The position numbers and the translations under genes are program-made. Below, piece by piece: positions 11,487-24,500 of a stretch of DNA of 64,000 nucleotides. Position 1 is the first letter of the stretch; the number at the start of each line of letters is the position of its first letter. This DNA comes from Babesia bigemina. Taxonomy: Eukaryota. Location: contig NC_027218.1 in NCBI RefSeq assembly GCF_000981445.1, forward strand, positions 930,001 through 994,000. Reading direction: 5' to 3'. The notes beneath the pieces were generated by a model that was not told the origin of the DNA, searched no databases, and saw only the letters and a program-made list of their open reading frames with translations.

Positions 11487-13157
11487 CTAAAAATTATTAG
11501 TGAAGCTATGCGAGTTTAGCAGGCACGACCCGCCGAGCAGGATGGGCACCCTAGACGCGGCGCTCAGATTCTGAAGGTCGCGGTACTCGGCCAGAGTCAC
11601 TCCGCCCACGACGTAGACCACTACCGACAGTGGCCGGGCCGCGTAGCTGAAATCCAGATCATACGAACTTGGAATAAGCATGAACTGGCGGCTGTCCAGA
11701 CGGCCCTTCAGCAGAGACTGCACGACGTAAGCAAGCCGCGATGTGTACCGCATATAAGGGCTCGACGAATCTCCAGAGAGCGACTTGTTCAGCGTGCTCC
11801 TCGCTCTGGATAAGATGGCTAACGAGTCCGACCCAGAGTCGGTCACATCAGCGTACTGCAGCAGCGCGTCGACCTTGCCCACCATCGACTCCAACCCGTT
11901 CATGCGCAAGTTGTCCTTGATCATGTTCACCTTGTCCTCGTGACGGCGGTACTCCAGGCAAAACAGCATTGCCAACCGTAGCTTCTCAAAAGGGTCGAGG
12001 TCAGGGTTGTTCAGATATTCCACCACCGCTTCGAAGGCCTCTGCAGAGCTTCTAACGTGGGTGCCCATATCCTGCTCCAGCAGCCCCGTATTGAGCAGGT
12101 CTCTGCTCTGTATAATTTGCGATAGTTCGTGCAAAATGGCTACGTGGCGCTTGGTCTCGTTGCAGATCTTCGTCTGCTGAGGAATGTTCTGCAGAATGTT
12201 CATGGCGTCCGAAAAGGTCTTCTTGTTGTCCTGAATCATTTCAGTCAATGCCGACTCGACATCAGCGAAGTCTTTGAAAATGTTTGCGCCGTAAAAATCG
12301 TCAAAATCCGGGTTCAAAATGTAGTCTTCCTCGCCGATACGGACGCTGTTGCGGGACATCGGCAACAGCTCGTAAATCATGGCCTGGTAACTCCATTGAT
12401 TCATCAAAGGCGTTATACAGTCGCACTTCCGGTCATAAATGAGCAAAGAGCACCCGTAGCTTTCGCCAGTGCCGAACTTAGAGTAAGTCTTCAAAATGGC
12501 CTCGGAGTTCAGCAGGTCGTTGTTCAACAACGACTGCACTTTTAAACCTAGTTCGCGAGCTTCAGGGCTCCCTGCAACGTGTAGAATAGACGGAATCTGT
12601 TTTATTATCCGGAAAACGTTAAACAATCCTTGCGATACGCGGGCTGCCTCCCCGCTATGAACGCTCGTGTACAGGTCGCTTGTGCCTGCGTCGAGCAAAA
12701 AGCAGTAGCGGCAGACAGCCATGAGGTCCGTGTGGTACGCGTAGACGCCGCACACTAGCTCCAAGACGTCGTTCTTTGCGAGCATCTCGAGCTGGCCCTC
12801 CAGCGGCATGCTCGTGAAGTACAGGTGGTATTCCTTGAAGTATCCACCGCGCAGCTGGTCGCAGAGGCGAGCTACATTTGCGTGGGACGGCTGAATGATG
12901 TACACCGCCTTCAGGTGGCGCAAATTCGACAGGTTTTGCGGATCCTCATTGAACAGGTTTTCGTCGCTGATGTTGGTAGTCAGCAGGACCCCGCCCTCCA
13001 AAAGGTATGAGTGGGTCTGTACCAGTGACATGGACGCCGCCGTCGCATCATCCAGAATCAACAGCTTCAAACCCTTGACACGATCCAACATGGACGCGTA
13101 GTTCTCCCGCAGCAGCCCTGTGAGGCTGCCAAAATGATACGGGTTCACGTCATTCAT
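11487..13157 (-). CDS. VPS45: Sec1/Munc18 family protein, Vps45-like
   Basis: GLKLLILDD, LRHLKAVYII, YHLYFT, DRKCDCITPLMNQWSYQAMIYELL, VVYVVGGVTLAE, ILLGGS. Confidence 0.88.
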   Translation of the reverse strand: MNDVNPYHFGSLTGLLRENYASMLDRVKGLKLLILDDATAASMSLVQTHSYLLEGGVLLTTNISDENLFNEDPQNLSNLRHLKAVYIIQPSHANVARLCDQLRGGYFKEYHLYFTSMPLEGQLEMLAKNDVLELVCGVYAYHTDLMAVCRYCFLLDAGTSDLYTSVHSGEAARVSQGLFNVFRIIKQIPSILHVAGSPEARELGLKVQSLLNNDLLNSEAILKTYSKFGTGESYGCSLLIYDRKCDCITPLMNQWSYQAMIYELLPMSRNSVRIGEEDYILNPDFDDFYGANIFKDFADVESALTEMIQDNKKTFSDAMNILQNIPQQTKICNETKRHVAILHELSQIIQSRDLLNTGLLEQDMGTHVRSSAEAFEAVVEYLNNPDLDPFEKLRLAMLFCLEYRRHEDKVNMIKDNLRMNGLESMVGKVDALLQYADVTDSGSDSLAILSRARSTLNKSLSGDSSSPYMRYTSRLAYVVQSLLKGRLDSRQFMLIPSSYDLDFSYAARPLSVVVYVVGGVTLAEYRDLQNLSAASRVPILLGGSCLLNSHSFTNNF

Positions 13158-13965
13158 GATTGCAGTCAGATCAGAACCCGGATACGATATTGGTGAGCAT
13201 CTTTGATGGTATCAATAACACCTTAGCTCCTTATGTTTATCGTCTACTCGCATTTCCGTTCAACAGATGAGATTATGGGCATTTCAGCAGTAACCTTCCA
13301 TTGCTCATAAGGTTGACGAGCAGGAGATATAACGGAAAAAGAAATCAGATCCCACTAACGTTGACAAGAAATTGCATTACATACTACACATCATATATTA
13401 CCATGTCTTACAACCAGGTCGGCCGCGTCGTCACGAGCCGATGTGTACTACGCGAAGTTACCTAGTTGAACTGGTCAAAAGTGCGCACTGCAATCCGCTT
13501 GTAAGACACACACGAATATCCTTGTGGCACAACAGCTTCTTTATTAGACTTCTTTGAACCAATGAACCGATAAAGGTCGATCAAAATGGACAAAAATGGA
13601 AAAGAATGTCACTCAACACCCAGAGGCGCAGCTTAGGCCTATCGACGCCTGAATCTCGAAAATAATGAAAACAATACTATACAAATGACGAAAATGTGAA
13701 ATGTGCGTCCAAATAACGAGCCGCCGGCCGCCGAAGTCACTCGGCCATACGGCAGCCGGAGCGGGCGCGAGTGCCCAACAGGTCCCACTTCGCAACGGGC
13801 CGCCGAAGCGCTAAGGCTGCCGTGAGCAACTCACTCCATAACCCATTAACTTTTCTTTAAAAGCACTAAACCACAGGCGTTCGTGGTAATTATATAACAC
13901 CGCCTGTAAAACCAAGACGAGCCACGAACCAGTCACCAAGGTCGAACTAATCCGCTCGTCCCAAC

Positions 13966-14191
13966 ATGGGTAAGATTTTAGCAACGTCACACGAAATAAT
14001 GTCTATCAGCTGTTAAGGTCCACGGATCTCTCGCAAGGGCGGGAAAGGTCAGGAATCACACGCCCAAGGTGGCCAAGCAGGAGAAGAAGAAGCCACCAAC
14101 GGGCAGGGCGAAGAAGCGCCAGCAGTACAACAGGAGGTTCACCAACGCCGTCGGTATGAGGCCCAAGGGCCCGAATATGCAGAGGTCGTAG
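13966..14191 (+). CDS. RPS30: 40S ribosomal protein eS30, 2 exons
   Basis: ATGG, intron 13970-14009, then exon 2 give [45 protein letters not shown]...GPN. Confidence 0.95.
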
Positions 14192-15369
14192 GCCTGTGAC
14201 AACTTCCTCTAAATGATGTACTAAACATTCGTCCCGCTTACGCTGATATGTGCCCATTACGTGTGTGCATATGTCTGTTGTGCGTATTATACGAATATTT
14301 GCATAGTGATGTGCTTTGCTGATCTGTCAAACTGCAATTGGAGCGCGTATGATACTGCATAATGTATCGAAGGGTGAAGCGGCTGGAAGGAATGATGCGC
14401 CGGTAAGGACACGATTTATAATTTCATGCACGGAATATCTGCATATTTGCATATGAAAACTGTTTTTTGTATGTGGTAAGATTGTTCTCATGTCCCTTTG
14501 CCTGAGGAAGCGGTATTTCTCTGTAGCCGTGGGGGTAATCGACTAAAGTCCGTAACGTAACGTCAAGGAAAGCAGCCTGAAGGACCTCATGAAAGCCCAA
14601 AACGACTGGCTACGTATCTCAATGAAAGTATAAAAACACAAGGTTCTCTTCGTCAAAAGTGAATACTCCAAACTGGACATAGAAACGTCATCGCTCTACC
14701 TAACAAGCGTAATCCTCACTCCGTCGTAAAAGGGGCAAACAGCAAGATAATAGGTTGGTAACATGCTGTGGATGCCACTGACTAACAAATATTTGAAATA
14801 CAACTACATCGAGAACGTAGACGACCGGGCAACAAAATCAAGTACCGCGGAAATCACAACCGCTACCGATGGTATGTGAGTAATGGGACATAACGAGGTG
14901 TGAAAGGCTACACTAGCAGAATATGGTCGCTTATACGAGACTATACAATTTGAAAAACATTGCGAAGGCCGTCGAAGGCAGTTAGGTAGCGTTGAACCGA
15001 TTAGACTATCTACACGCGACGCATATATTTCTTTCTAAACGTAGCTGCCCACATTTTACTTATCCATGCCGAACGAATTGTGTGGTGCTCTGTTGCCACT
15101 TTTCTATAAATGAGGAAGCGTATCATTCTGGGGTTAGCTAATTAGGGTTGACTGCACCGTCGTAGAAAACGCCTGTATCATCCCGCACATGTGATGTATT
15201 TTGCGTAGCTTCAATCAACTTGATTTAATCGCAATGGATTATATGAAACATGGTACTATGTATTACGCCTGATATTGATGTTGCGTTTCTGATGCTTATG
15301 TTATGAGCTTCCTATAACAGCTTATTGAAGTCATTTTGAGAAGAATACAACTATAGTCATAAAGGAAAA

Positions 15370-16856
15370 ATGACAAAATCGCAGGCAGACTCTTCAAAGG
15401 AAAAAGGTGATTACAATGTGTTGGGGAAGTCACTGTACAACCTCGTGTCTTTTATCGAAGGCTACGACCAACAGGTGTTGTCCATGTGTATGAGAGCTTT
15501 CGAGTTAACCTTAGGTTTTTCCCAATCTCAGTTGTCCACGTTGGCAACTGTGTCTACTATGTCCCGCATGGGTTGCTGCTTAATCTGGGGTTTGCTGGCA
15601 GACACGAATGAATCTAGGTATGTACTTGGAGCTGGTTTATTATTGATGGGCGTGGCCTCGATTTTTCTAAGTTCTGCATCTCACTATAAAGTGGTAGGTT
15701 GCAAGTGTTACACTGCTCATGGCTTCTGCAGATTGTGTTCTTGCGTTTCTTGCATGGGTTGGGATTTGCTTGCGTCTATCCAGTGCAGCAAAAGATTGTT
15801 GCAGAGTCAGATGATTCAAAGGAATCAAATACTTCAAATGGAGAAACGGGGCAACAACAAACAAACAAGAAGCCGAAGAGTAGTAGTAAATTCACCATCT
15901 TCCAAGCGTTGAATTGCATTGGGCGTTTGTTATGCGCCGTCATAACTACAATTATTGCGCGCAAAGTATTATTGGGGTATTATGGCTGGCGCACTTCTTA
16001 CGTTGTATTGGGCTACATTTGGATATTATTTGCCATTGGGGTAGTGTTTGGAATGGAACTCAAAAAGAGTTCCACAGGTGACGATTCAAGAGCTCCAAGC
16101 AGCTCAACGTCTGGAACGCCAAGTGAAAGATTTACCGATAAAGTATCTGGCGCTTTTTCAGCAGTTTTTAAGTGTAATACGGCAGGGATATGTATATTTA
16201 CATTATTTATCGCCGAAGCTCCGATGTGTGCTTTTAATTATATGACCATATACTTACAATATTTGGGAGTATCTGACACAATGGCAGGCGTTGCGATTGC
16301 TGTCACACTGATAGGGGGTGCAGCTGGGAGTGGAGCTGGGGGCAAAATTATTGATAAAATTGGGGAATACTGCCCTGAGTATGGTGAACTGGCTTCTGGA
16401 ATCGCAGTTATGTTTGTCAGACTTGTTGTGTGTCTATTATTTTTCCTAGGGAAGCCACCATGTGGTAGGTTGCTTTGGTATCATTACGTAGAATTGGCAA
16501 CGCTTGGTGGAACATTAGTCACTGTTGGTGGTGTAGATAGGGCAATTATGAGAGATTCTATTGAAGATAAGCACCAGGCTACAGCAGCTGCCATAATTCG
16601 AACCATATCGGGAATTTCAAGCAGTGTAATTCTCTACCAGGTTTCCGCATATTTGACTGAGAGTTTGTTTGGCTACGTACCCTCTAGAGAGTCGTTTGAA
16701 ACAATGGCCACGGATATTAAAGAGAGAAATGCCGAGGCCTTGAGGAAATCGATGATGTACATTATTTTGGCGGGTACATTACTCAACGTTGTTTGCTATA
16801 TTGCGATGTGTTTTACGTATGATAATGAGAGGCAAAGTAAAAAGAAGATGAAATAA
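15370..16856 (+). CDS. Major facilitator superfamily transporter, 2 exons
   Basis: Intron 15694-15731 joins ORFs 15370 and 15699 in frame. About 12 hydrophobic segments, MFS motif-A-like WGLLADTNESR, LRFLHGLG and YGWRTSY. Confidence 0.85.
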
Positions 16857-16971
16857 TAAGAAAATTACATACTAAAATATGGCGTTCATTGAATAAAAAG
16901 CAGACAAAATGTTTGAGTTTACATCTGCACAGAGCTATTCAAACCTTTATATCTACGTTATTATTCTGTTC

Positions 16972-18508
16972 TCTCATTTCATAGTGTGCTATGTGGCTAC
17001 GTGCCTTGGGCCGGTTTTCGTGTTTGCGGGGCTAACGCCTCACGCTGAAACCGGTTGCGGGATCCGCGTCGGTCCGTTGCCGATCGTCGCTGGTGCTATC
17101 CGTGTCACCAATCCTGTGTGGGCTTGAGGGTCTTCTACAAAATCGTATTCTTCTCTAGGTTTAATGTCCCTCATTACATATCTTACAACTATCAAACATA
17201 TCTGCTAGATGAAAGCTCTCAGCTTCATATCCTCAACGACGTCCCTGGATCTCCTCTTCCTTTATGCCCCGTCTCCACCAGGTTGCCTTCGTTGACAGTT
17301 CCGTTGTTCACGATTGTGAAGGCGGTCGTTATACTATCTACGATGTTGTCTTCTGGTAGAGTATGCTCTCACCCCTTGTGAGACTCCTGAGTTTGGCATG
17401 GCACCTTCCATGATTACTATAGTCCTCCACCTGCGCCTTACTGCTATTCACTCCTACAATCGCCTTTCAGCTAGGTACATCTTGACTGTGCTTAACAGTT
17501 ACATCGGCAATCCTCCATACTGACGTCACATTCTCATCCATCATGCGTCGAGGATTCCTCTAGTTGTGAACGATGCGGAGGGGTGAAACGCCATTGCCCT
17601 TTCCGCTTCACGATCACAGCATGCTCATATTCGTGTAATCACCGCCCAGTTGCTCGAGTCACATTTAGGAAGACCGTTTTAGTATTATGTTAAAGCCGTG
17701 CAGTGGCAGTGGGGCCGACCAGTAATTGCAAAGGAGTGGGAGAGAAACCGATACGAATATTAATGAGCACTTCGTACAGCTTTCAACTATTGCATTGATG
17801 CTTTGAACATTGGGATGTATTTTGGAGGTCTGACATCACCTCCGAAACGGACTAGAATTTCGAGCTGTCTGGGTGCTGGTGGTTGGGATTAGGTGAGCGA
17901 GGTGGATGCTATTTATGTAGTGGATTAAAAATACGCCCACAATAGGGTAGATGGTTGAGTAATGTACTTTGTTAGACCTATAGTGCGCATCGCATTTTTG
18001 CAGGAGTCAAGTATCTGCAACCTCGAATTGTTGGTGGGTGATTTGAAGTTGCGTATACATTGACCTATTGCTTGTGAACTATGGCGCAACATTTCAAGAA
18101 ACTTACTGACTGCCCTGAAAACCTTAGGGAGGCCATCGACTGGCTCATACAGGTTAGGCATGGTGGTGATGGTAAAGGTCTTGAGAAGTTGGCTAAAGCT
18201 TTGACAATATTGATTGGTGAGGCTATAAGTAATGCTACTAAGAGCTTTGATGACCGTCAAAAGCAACTTGAATGCGCTGATAAATCATCTGATCAGCATT
18301 CCCATCATTGCACTAGTCTCGATAAACAAATTAAGGATGCCAAAGAAAAATCCGATGACTCAAAGGCTCTTAAGATTGAATCCGACAAAAAGAAGCACAT
18401 TGATGCAGATCATTCTCTTACTGAGGATGCCAGAAAAAAAGCATTGAATGGTATTACTGACCATAGGAATCAACTTAATGAACTTCAAAATAAGCTTGAA
18501 CCATTTTT
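16972..18508 (+). repeat. ves upstream element plus first ~143 codons, copy 1 (left arm of inverted repeat)
   Basis: 17149-18508 appears identical to the reverse complement of 32640-33999. 16972-17148 is homologous but diverged in one patch. Confidence 0.93.
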
Positions 18509-21500
18509 TAATAAACTCAACAAAACTACGAGAAATGATCGTGATAGCATTTTGCATAACCTTTGTTCCGGCCTCGAGACTTTCCTCGGCTTCAACGCTG
18601 CAACCAAAGGCTACACTGGCAAGGGCATTGTTTATGCCGATCTTGACCGGCTATGTGATGCAGTTATGGCGTTTTTGTACGGGGTGTTGGAGAGGTGTCA
18701 CAAGTTGTTAAAACACTATAATAGGGATATTGATGATAATATTCGTAAATTGAAGAATGAGATAGATAAGGGTGTGGGTGTTAAAAGTTTTGGCGAGGCC
18801 ATTGAGAATGTTAAAGCGGGGCTGAATGGGTACGAGAATGAGTTTGGCACTAGGACTCAGAATGTAATTAACGGAGTGTCGACGTATCTATCTCTTTTAG
18901 GAGGACATAAAGCATATTTTGATACAATTCCCGACAGGACATTAGTTAAAATCAATAAGTATGTTGGTATATATATTAGAGAGGGCAACAAGCTCATGGG
19001 CAAGCTCATTGGAGATGGAGACACAATTCGAGTCATTGACGCAGAATTGAAAATCAAGTTATATCACTCAATAGATGTAATATCACATTCAATAAAAAAC
19101 CTCGAGAAGGTGTCGCAAGACGATACCCTCTTACGAGCTGTGAATGCTTTACAGGGAACACTGGACAGTTTGCCCGGACAAGTTGAAAATTTTATAAACA
19201 CGAATATTGGCACGACTGTTAAAGGTTATGAGGTAAAAGTAGAAGAGTTTAAAAAGAGTGTAAAAGATGAAATTGAAAAATCTCGTGACACTTTCCTCAC
19301 CGAACGTCTCAAGCAAGCTCAAATAGATTTGCACAATGCTGTGCGATGTGCAAACAAAAACGCTTCGAACCTGGGAGGATTGAGGAATGAAACGGTTAAA
19401 ATGGCCGTAGAGGCGATTCAAACGCGATTAAAAAGTGCGGACGAGGATGTTAACGATGAAGCTTCGTTGAAAGCGTTGAAAAGTGATACTGTTGATAATC
19501 AGATCACAAACATAACGGGAAAGCTTAATGAGGAGAAATGTTCGCTGGAAGTTAAAAACACAATTAAGAGTCTACAAGTGTATATTGGCGAGCCTGATGT
19601 AATGTTTAATGAAGCTCATCAGATCGAGTTGGGAAAATTGGTTATACAAGCGCAAACCAATTTAAAAGAAGCTCTTAAATGTGCTCAGGAGAATGCCAAG
19701 AATATGGGGGGATTAAAGAATGTAAAGGTTGCGGGGGTGATAGGTAACATTCAAAAGAAGTTTATTGAGGTGGATAATATTAAAAAGATGAGAGACTTAC
19801 AGGAATTGGAAAGCGAGTTCATGAAAGGGGAGATTCAGAAGATAACAGAAGTACTTAATTATGAAAATGCAGCTGGCGTTACAACCAAAATAAACAGTTT
19901 ACCGAAGAATATGGCTACTCCTAAAAAAATTTTCGATACAACTCATGAACAAATATTGACTTCTCTAGCTAATAAAGCCCAAAAGGAATTGTTGGAAACC
20001 GTCAAAAACACCAGTGAATGCATCCAAACGCATGGAGTGCTGCATAAGGAAAAAATTAAGAAGGCTCTAGAAGGAATAGAAGAGGCGTTACGCGATATTG
20101 AAACGCCAGGTGTAGACATAGAGAGGTTGTATCAAGTGGTTACAGGCGTTGAAGAGCAGCTCAGTCAGCTAGAAAGCAAGGTTGATTCAACCTTACAAGC
20201 AACGGTAAAACCGGCTATTCAGAAATTGAATGCTGATTTTACTCCTGTTAAGGCGACCGTAAATAAACGCGAACCAACAAATAACGCTGAATTGATCTTT
20301 CTAATAACGGCGACGAAGATGTATGCTATTGACGCACTTCACCTGGCTGAGAATTATTCGGTGGATTCCACAGGAAATTCCAAGGAGGAAATAGTTGAAA
20401 TCGTGAATGTCATTTTAAAAAATCTGAAATCATTAGATGGCGCCTTCTCAAAAATTGATATAGGTCAGTTTCACATAACCATAAATCCGAAATTTGAGCC
20501 TCTCAAAAAAAATAATGTTTCTTATAGTGGAATAAGTAAGGCGCACCTCGACAACCTAGGAATAGATGATCTAACCACGAAAATTCAGCAAGCTGAAAAG
20601 AGTCTTATCCGTGATATGGTTGAGTCAGCAAAGCCCAAGATCAATTTTTATTTTACTAATTCCAAAAGTCTAGCAGGGCAGATTGACAAAAGTGATACCA
20701 CAGAACTTAAAAGTACATTAGTAGAGCTGGAGAAAAAGTTGGAAAATCACACTCAGATCAAAGATGTAAATGAGTTTTACACGCTGGTGAATAAGGTTTG
20801 CGCTGAATTTGAGAAACTCAGAACGCCGCATGGTTCGTCTTCCGATCCCACTTTTAAAAGTTTGCTTAGTGTAATTCTAGAGATCGAAAAGCCTGCATGG
20901 AAAGCACTTATCAAAACCGAAAGCAACATTTTTCAAACGACAATAAACTTCGCCAGGGCTGCGGTTAGCGCTGCGGTTGAGAAGGCTAAGAAGGATATTA
21001 AAGCAGCGGAGGATGAGTATCAGATAGAGATAGGCCGTATACGTTCACGTATTGAAGGTGAAGTTGAAAGTATTCAAAAAAAAGCAGGAATGGATCAACT
21101 TGGCCAAGTCACATCTGGCATTTCCCCCTTATTCGCAACAATAACCGAAACAATAACCAATAGATCAGTCTACTCGGAAGACTTGAGAGAACGAATGAAT
21201 TACTTTGGTGCGCTCAAAGACTTAATCGAACATACAATCAAAACTCTCGAAACGGCTTACCAGAAAGCATATCAGAGTGCAGCCAAATCCTACCTCAGTG
21301 GAGCGATTGATATGATTAATACGACTGTGGAGGGGGCGGAAAAAACGTATGAGGGTGCTGTCAATTCGCATATCCAGGCAATTAGGGAGAAAGTTCCTCA
21401 GCTTGCTCATGAGAAATTTACCAGAATTGAAGAAAGAGAGAAGTTGAAAACCTTGTTCGATGCTGACTTTGATACTTTGCAAAAACAGATCAAAGTCAAT

Positions 21501-24500
21501 TCTGCCTTTAGTGATGATTTTAATGCCCGTAAGACCATTTTCGACAATTTGCAAATCTTAATCAAGCATACCGTAGAAAACCTCAATGCCGCTTACCAAA
21601 AGGCCTATCAAAGTTCGGCCCAAAAATATCTCGCTAAGGCTATTAAAGATATTAGATCGAAGATTGCAGATTCGGAGCGGATGTATGTGGATGGGGTAAT
21701 GGCTGAGGTTCAGGCGGTTGAAAGATTGATTTCTGGACTTGAAGTTAAAATGTTTAAAGTTGCAGGGCAGAGAAAGGGGTTAGGTGATAGATTTAATGCA
21801 CCTTTAGAAATTTTACAAACTGCAGTCGCAAGCAAATCTGTTTTTAAGGAGGATTTAGATGCCCGAACTAACTGTTTTCAAAATCTCAAATCTTTATTAA
21901 GTAACACTGTAAAAACTCTAGTTGACGCGGCAAATACTTTCGACAATTGTGCTGAACGGGTGGAACATTATCTCACGGAATCGCTTAAGGATGCATCAAG
22001 AAGGATCAATGCGCTAGGATCCAACATCAAAAAAGAAGTAAAAAATGCTTTCGATGAAATTGTTTCACACGTCTACGATATGTATTCCAAAGACAAAATT
22101 GCTCAGTTAGACGCTGTGCAAGAATGCATCACGGAGCAGTTGGATAAAATTAAGAGCATTATAGAAAAGGATAAAAAAACTAGTATTAAAGGGCTCCTAA
22201 AGACGGTTAGCGGTTTGAACACGAATTCTAAAGAGCTTTATAATAGGCTTGAACAACTCAAAGATAAGCCGTCTATCGAATTATTGGCTCCAGCGGTCAA
22301 ATCATATTTAGACTTAATTTTAATATATGCTTGGAATGATATGGGGACATTATTGTATACTGATACTCTACAGAAGAGATCGTATCAGTTTAAAGGTGAG
22401 AAAATTAAAGATAACTTCAACGAATTGTTGAACCATCTTGCTACAACAGACAAAATATATAACTACGATCATACGTTTGTTAATTTGCTCGAAAAGCTTA
22501 AAGACGTTTTGAACGATTTATCTCCTCAGGAATTCGGTGCCATGGCATATCCAGTCTTCGATGCTCTCAGAAAGGGATTGAACGGTTTCACCGAGCAATT
22601 AGGGTATGTGTACATAAACAAATACGTTGGATCTAAACCAATTGAGTGGCATGTAGATAAGCAACAGACGAAGCTTAGCCAAGATGCAACGCGCTGCGCC
22701 AAGATATTCCTCACCCTCATACCGGAGTGGCATAAGCATATACCCTATCTCAATAGGGAATGTAATAAAGGTTGTACCGACAAAAATATATCACTGCAAG
22801 AACAGAAAATGAATAGTGGGATCACAAAGATTGTTACAAATCCCCTCGGTCTCTGGTTTGATTGCCGTGGTTACAAGGTATCTGGGTTCGACAAGCAAGA
22901 GGGTGAATTGAGAAATAACAGTGGTTGCACAGGTAAAAAGATCGGTGAAAATCTTAGGACATTTTTCGACAAAAGAAACACTTTTGGCAATCTTTTGTAC
23001 TACCTTTATGAATATTATAAAGTCTGCCACGTCAAATATATCCCTAGCCCCAAGCCTCCAACAACAATCTGTCAGATGCTGCACTGGCTCTGTGGCCTGG
23101 AGTATACTCCTATGTACGAAAACGTGAAAAGTTACCTTCAGGAGTGGTTTAATGATTTCAAAAAAGAGCATGAGATCGAGAAAGCATTACCGGCCACCGT
23201 ACCAAAGAGAACAGGTCACGAGGTCGTCACAGACTTCAATCTCGGTAATCTACTTGGGTCTTACCAAAATGTCACCATACGTGCATCTGAGGTATTGCTT
23301 GCCATCCTTGGATACGGAGACGCAGACGGGCGTTACGCCTGTGAGTTCTACACCAACCCATACAATCTATATTACCCGACTGACAAGGCCAAGTGCTTTG
23401 ATATGCTGGTCGACATTTGCTTGAGACTGAACCACCAATTGCGTTTCCTGTATATGCAGTGTCACAACGGCACCCGTAGCGGCGGTTGGGCTGACTGCCG
23501 ATATGGTAAGAACATTGCAGGGTCGGCGTGGAACTGCAACAGGTTGCAATGTGTTGAGCAAGGCTGTGACCAAAACTGCAAATGGCATAATGACTGCGGC
23601 GTCAAGTCACCGCTACAATCGTTCCTAGAAGACGGCCTGAAAGGCTTCTTGCCACATCAGTTCACCTCACCCAGTTGCAAGCTAGAATGTTCGGTAAAGA
23701 ACCACAACGGCATCCCGTGTAAGACGCCGATGGGCTTTGCTGATATAAGCATAACGGCTTCGTGGACCAGGACTGGACACGATATTAAGAAAGTGCTTGA
23801 CCCGTACTGCGGCACACTACCGGATTCACTGAGCCTACTGTGTGCCTACTTCCTATGTCTGCTGCGCCGACCGCCTCAGACCCTGTGTGACATGTTCGCG
23901 TTTTATGAGAACTTCTTTGAGCATTGGAGCGGGCATTATGATAGCATGCGCAAGGAACACGTCAAGAAGCATAAGCACGATGCATTTTTTGCTGCCGTTG
24001 CGAGTGCTAATTTCGGAGTTGAATTCGACGGGTTGGACCCTACCACCATGTTCGGCAGCAGCAGTCATTCTAGCGCTGCTACCACTCACCTCAAAGGTGA
24101 CCTGTTTGCTATTGTTAACTGCAAACCAAATGAGAACCCAGTCCATCCATGCGGGTCATACCTGCAGCCACTATCGTATGAGGTGCGTTGCGTATTCACC
24201 GAGAAACTCGCCGCCGACTATCTGTCATGGATTGTCTACATAACTGAAACGTTTTACAATTTACTTAATGACCTGTATAACAAATGCACTAAATGTTGTA
24301 TCCAGCAACAAGCAGACTGCTATGGCAGAATATGTGCCAAGGGTTGTACAGTGGACTCCACTACTGAAGCAGCTGAAAGTAAAAAGCTCACAGATAAAAC
24401 GCATGGAGAATTGTGCAACTCAATTGTCCAATGCGCCGGTATCCATCCAACGATATATGCAGCAGGATTTACATTTGGCAGCCCGTGGAGCCTAAGTGGC

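Noticed and set aside
17055..17381. ORFs within the ves upstream element (also 33767-34096, 57020-57391 and 56930-57172)
   Set aside because: No conserved ATG start, and indels between copies shift the frames. Similarity reflects the DNA repeat rather than coding constraint, though a decayed gene cannot be excluded.
17925..18266. Identical 113-aa ORFs at 17925-18266 and 32882-33223
   Set aside because: Antisense by-products of the identical inverted repeat.
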